DNA of 62,055 bases, filler included, from Candidatus Hydrogenedentota bacterium (lineage in GTDB: Bacteria > JBFMHD01), in NCBI GenBank assembly GCA_040752395.1. It is 6 parts of 6 records of this genome, joined end to end, with 100 filler letters (N's around TTAATTAATTAA, not from the genome) between each part and the next. Parts side by side here need not be neighbours in the genome. Positions count along the whole stretch, not along the records: positions 40,082 to 62,055 come from JBFMHD010000013.1; 5 more parts are not named here. One strand, written 5' to 3'. Each line of letters begins with the position of its first letter. The stretch's first letter is position 1. A program made the position numbers and the translations under genes. Under the pieces are notes generated by a model, which was given only the letters and a program-made list of their open reading frames with translations, was not told the origin of the DNA and made no database searches. Below are positions 58,854-62,055 of the stretch, piece after piece.

Positions 58854-61800
58854 TTACCCCATTAATCTCTTAAATTCACCCTCAATATATCGAATTTCTA
58901 CCGGATGTTCTCTCAATTTTGGAGTCAAGATACTTTGTCCATTTACATAGACAATATGCGGTCTCCAAGGTTCAAGTTCTTCAATGATAAATTCTTTATC
59001 CTTCTTAAAATCATTTTCAGTCCATTTATCCTCATGTTCCCGCCAGACAATAGCTATATTTTTTCCCTCTTTTTCACCAAGGATAAACAAGTATTTTCTT
59101 CCGTTGTCTCTCACCTTTACCTTTTTGACCTTTAATCCTAAAAGATAGTTAAATGTCTCTGGTATATCCACAACTATCTCCTGTGGCTCGCCCACCTCTT
59201 CAAGATTGACTTTTAGTTTATAAGAGAAAGGTTTTTTGAGATGTTCAATATTCAGTAAATATGGATTTTCTCTGGTTTCGTAATCGATGAAGTACTTAAG
59301 GAGATAATCATCACCAAATTTTAATTCTGCCTGTTTGTTTGGAGTAAGTTCAATGTTATCCAGCGTGTCTTCGTATTGTTCTAAGATTTGGTATTTGAAA
59401 AATCCACCTGCCGTTTTTTCATTGTATTTTTCTTTTACATCTTTTTCTTTTGATATACCTGATTTATCATAAGCCAAAACCTTTTTCATCCTTGGTAAAA
59501 CCACAGTCCAGAAATGCTCGCCCATTTCTACACCAAGCCATTTTCTCTTGAGTTTATGTGCTACTGCGATAGTTGTGCCAGAACCAAGGAAGAAGTCCAT
59601 AACTACATTGCCTTCGTTAGAAGTAGATTCTATTACACGCTTTAACAGGATTTCAGAGTTTTCGGTAGGGAAGTTCCATTGCCTTGCGTAACCCTCTAAA
59701 TCAGTCCAATTATTATGTGATATATTCTTAATAGGAGGTACCCAATATTTAATGGTATTCCCTTCTTTCTTAAGAAAATTTAATTTCATTTCTGTTTTAA
59801 TCCAAAATTCTTCGAGTGTTTTACCTATACTTTCAAATTCTTCGGCATATATTTCATAATTCCTAATTGCCTTTAAGCTTTCCTCTTTTTTCCACATCCA
59901 ACTACATCCTTCTTCTGGCACAACACCAAGCAGTTCATATCTATTTTCAGTCCTATCATAAAAAGTTTTGAAGTCTTTCCAATAAGATTCTCTCTTTTCT
60001 GGAGTTATCCCCTTTTTTAGATTTTCAAAAATAGAAAAAGGATATTTGGAATACCAAAAGAGGTTATCGTAAATTTGGCTAAAATTTTGCGGCCTTGCTG
60101 GAGGTGCGTAAAGATAGAATGCGGTTTTTGTTTTTCCTACCATTATTTCATTCCTAAAATTCTCTTCACCAAAAATCTCATTCATCAAAAGTCTGACAAA
60201 CATATTCCCATTATAATCGCATCTGACAAAAATGCTTCCTCTGTCATTGAGAAGAGACTTTGCAAGCCATAATCTATTCTCTAAACAACTTACCCATGTA
60301 GAATCCTTATATTTCACATTGTAAAGATAATCTGCATCCTGTTCTTTGTTAAACGGTGGGTCAATATAAATCGTTTGTACTTTTTCTTTATACTTGCCCA
60401 AAAGCAAATTCAAAGCCTGATAGTTTTCGCTTTTTATAAGCAAGCCATCTAAAAGCTCATCTAAATCTGCATTCTCAGTGAGTTTCTCAAGCAGTCGTTC
60501 CTTGAATTCTTGACTAAAGTATCTGGTATCAATCGGTAGTTTTTTCTTTTTCAGTTCTTCTTTTGTTTTTGATGCCTCAAATCCTAACTCTTTCCATTCT
60601 TTATTCTGTTCTTTGTTATTCCAGATTTCATCATGAAACTCTTCTGGCACTCGGTCAGTAGTAATCACATATTCAGTCTTTAATACAAACTTCTTTTTCT
60701 CCCATAACCTCTTCTGGAAATCCTCAATCTGTGAAAGAAAATCAATTATATCTTCTCCAATCTCCCGAACTATTTTAGCACGTGTGATATGTTTGTCCAA
60801 AAATCTCTCTTTTCCCAATGTCTCGATTGATAAGACTTCTGCCTTGATAAAATAATCCAATTGTTCGGACAGAAATTTCTTGAGGTTTTTGTGAATGAAG
60901 TAGTCTTTAGTGTTTTTGGTGGTAAATCTATTGAGTTGATATAGCAAAAGAGGTTTTTCATTTTTGTATTCCTTACCTAATCGTGCTTTCAATTCAATAT
61001 CCTTAACGTCCTTTAAAACTTCCTCATAAGACCTCTGGTTGATTTTCTCCTGTTTAGAAGTATTGCTACCGCCCTCTACCTGATAACTTTTAACCTCTCT
61101 CTCGCTCAACTCTCTGTATTGAAAGTGGATAATCAGAGTTTTGTTATCCCCCTCACACTTGCCATCTCCTACAAGGGGAGAGGGAATTTCTTCTACCGGA
61201 TTCTCATCATCAAAAATAAAAAACCTTTCCTTTGTGGCTTTCTTTGACCCTAATTCTTCTTTTGCAGAAACAATGCGAAAGATTATTTTGTAATCATTGG
61301 CTTTGAATGTATAATCCCGGAAAAGAAGCCCAGTTTTTGTGTAGTATTGCTCACTGTTTGCCCAGTAAAGTTTAACTTCTTCGCCATTATATGGAATGGC
61401 ATATTTATGCCCTTTAATTGAATAGCGATACTGAGGAAAAAAATCGCCTTCTTCATAAAATCGAGAGAAGAAGCTATAAAGATCATTGAATACCTGGAGC
61501 TTGATTTCATCAATAGTTTCGGCTTCATCTTTTTGTGCTTTTAGAGAGAGATAATCTCTGCCAAGAGGCGTATCTTTAAACTGTTCTTTAAGTTCATCGG
61601 TCGGAGTAAAAGCCTCTGTTCCTAAACTCTGAATGATCTTCTCCTTTGCCTCCTTAAATTTCTGACTAATATTGATTAGCCTTTCATCCTTATGTTTTGC
61701 GAAAGCAGATTCGACCTTATGGACAAGGTCTTCTTCAATAAACTTTCTAATCTGGTCTCGTTTATAGTTTAAAATCCGATAAATCCCGAAATCCAAATCC

Positions 61801-61859
61801 GATGTCTCAAACTGGAAAAGCCCTTTTACTAAGTCTTGAAATTTTTCAATAGTATCCAT
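58854..61859 (-). CDS. Type III N6-adenine methyltransferase Mod subunit (long form)
   Basis: DLDFGIYRI N-terminus, IYIDPPFN before DFFLGSGTT (beta class), GGFFKY; directly upstream of res. Confidence 0.9.
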   Translation of the reverse strand: MDTIEKFQDLVKGLFQFETSDLDFGIYRILNYKRDQIRKFIEEDLVHKVESAFAKHKDERLINISQKFKEAKEKIIQSLGTEAFTPTDELKEQFKDTPLGRDYLSLKAQKDEAETIDEIKLQVFNDLYSFFSRFYEEGDFFPQYRYSIKGHKYAIPYNGEEVKLYWANSEQYYTKTGLLFRDYTFKANDYKIIFRIVSAKEELGSKKATKERFFIFDDENPVEEIPSPLVGDGKCEGDNKTLIIHFQYRELSEREVKSYQVEGGSNTSKQEKINQRSYEEVLKDVKDIELKARLGKEYKNEKPLLLYQLNRFTTKNTKDYFIHKNLKKFLSEQLDYFIKAEVLSIETLGKERFLDKHITRAKIVREIGEDIIDFLSQIEDFQKRLWEKKKFVLKTEYVITTDRVPEEFHDEIWNNKEQNKEWKELGFEASKTKEELKKKKLPIDTRYFSQEFKERLLEKLTENADLDELLDGLLIKSENYQALNLLLGKYKEKVQTIYIDPPFNKEQDADYLYNVKYKDSTWVSCLENRLWLAKSLLNDRGSIFVRCDYNGNMFVRLLMNEIFGEENFRNEIMVGKTKTAFYLYAPPARPQNFSQIYDNLFWYSKYPFSIFENLKKGITPEKRESYWKDFKTFYDRTENRYELLGVVPEEGCSWMWKKEESLKAIRNYEIYAEEFESIGKTLEEFWIKTEMKLNFLKKEGNTIKYWVPPIKNISHNNWTDLEGYARQWNFPTENSEILLKRVIESTSNEGNVVMDFFLGSGTTIAVAHKLKRKWLGVEMGEHFWTVVLPRMKKVLAYDKSGISKEKDVKEKYNEKTAGGFFKYQILEQYEDTLDNIELTPNKQAELKFGDDYLLKYFIDYETRENPYLLNIEHLKKPFSYKLKVNLEEVGEPQEIVVDIPETFNYLLGLKVKKVKVRDNGRKYLFILGEKEGKNIAIVWREHEDKWTENDFKKDKEFIIEELEPWRPHIVYVNGQSILTPKLREHPVEIRYIEGEFKRLMG

Positions 61860-61879
61860 AATTACCTCACTTATTTACT

Positions 61880-61990
61880 TCACCTTTTTCTCGTAGCAGA
61901 AGGTTCCATATTTTGCAAGACCCTTTCTAGAGACTCTTCACTTATCCACGTATCTATTACATCTTTTTTAAACCGCCACTGACCAGCGAT
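61880..61990 (-). pseudogene. Excisionase-like (HTH_17) C-terminal remnant
   Basis: Manual translation IAGQWRFKKDVIDTWISEE..*; preceded in frame by TAA, no start. Confidence 0.6.
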
Positions 61991-62055
61991 TTATTTATGA
62001 AAACGCCTAAGTCTGAAAGCTTTTTCAAAAGATTTTGCGTCAAGAAACTTCTTTC

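Noticed and set aside
107-61528. Many 60-115 aa ORFs antisense to or nested in long genes (e.g. 8634, 13971, 28355, 39081, 46849, 56605) and ORF 32484 over tRNA-Arg
   Set aside because: Shadow ORFs with no motifs that overlap well-supported features.

Overview
Low-GC bacterial draft genome window made of six contigs joined by artificial 100-nt linkers (N44-TTAATTAATTAA-N44), so adjacency across linkers is not real. Most of it is housekeeping: gltA, queCDE, a phosphomannomutase, metG, holB, tmk, gmk, etfBA with an acyl-CoA dehydrogenase, folK, dapL, partial infA, recA, nnr, nadAB and uvrA. It also has two tRNAs (Gly-TCC, Arg-TCG), a glycan-modification cluster, a HEPN/MNT toxin-antitoxin islet, a receiver domain fused to a class I adenylate cyclase, and a Type III restriction-modification pair. 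The most striking unexplained signal is non-coding: about 17 intergenic cassettes built from a shared kit of modules (7- and 8-nt tandem arrays, palindromes, GTAG-tagged hairpins) in a largely fixed order. Their terminal ~35-nt module (..TATTAGAGTTACAATGTTTTTCAGAGGAG) supplies the Shine-Dalgarno (SD) site of at least 10 unrelated genes, including metG, infA, recA and gltA. Other notable items are a covarying 23-nt GTAG REP-like family, tRNA trailers antisense to their own T-arms, a 142-bp structured mini-element at tRNA-Gly, and a 113-bp duplication of the queC 3' end around the TA pair. All product calls come from motif recognition; no database searches were run.
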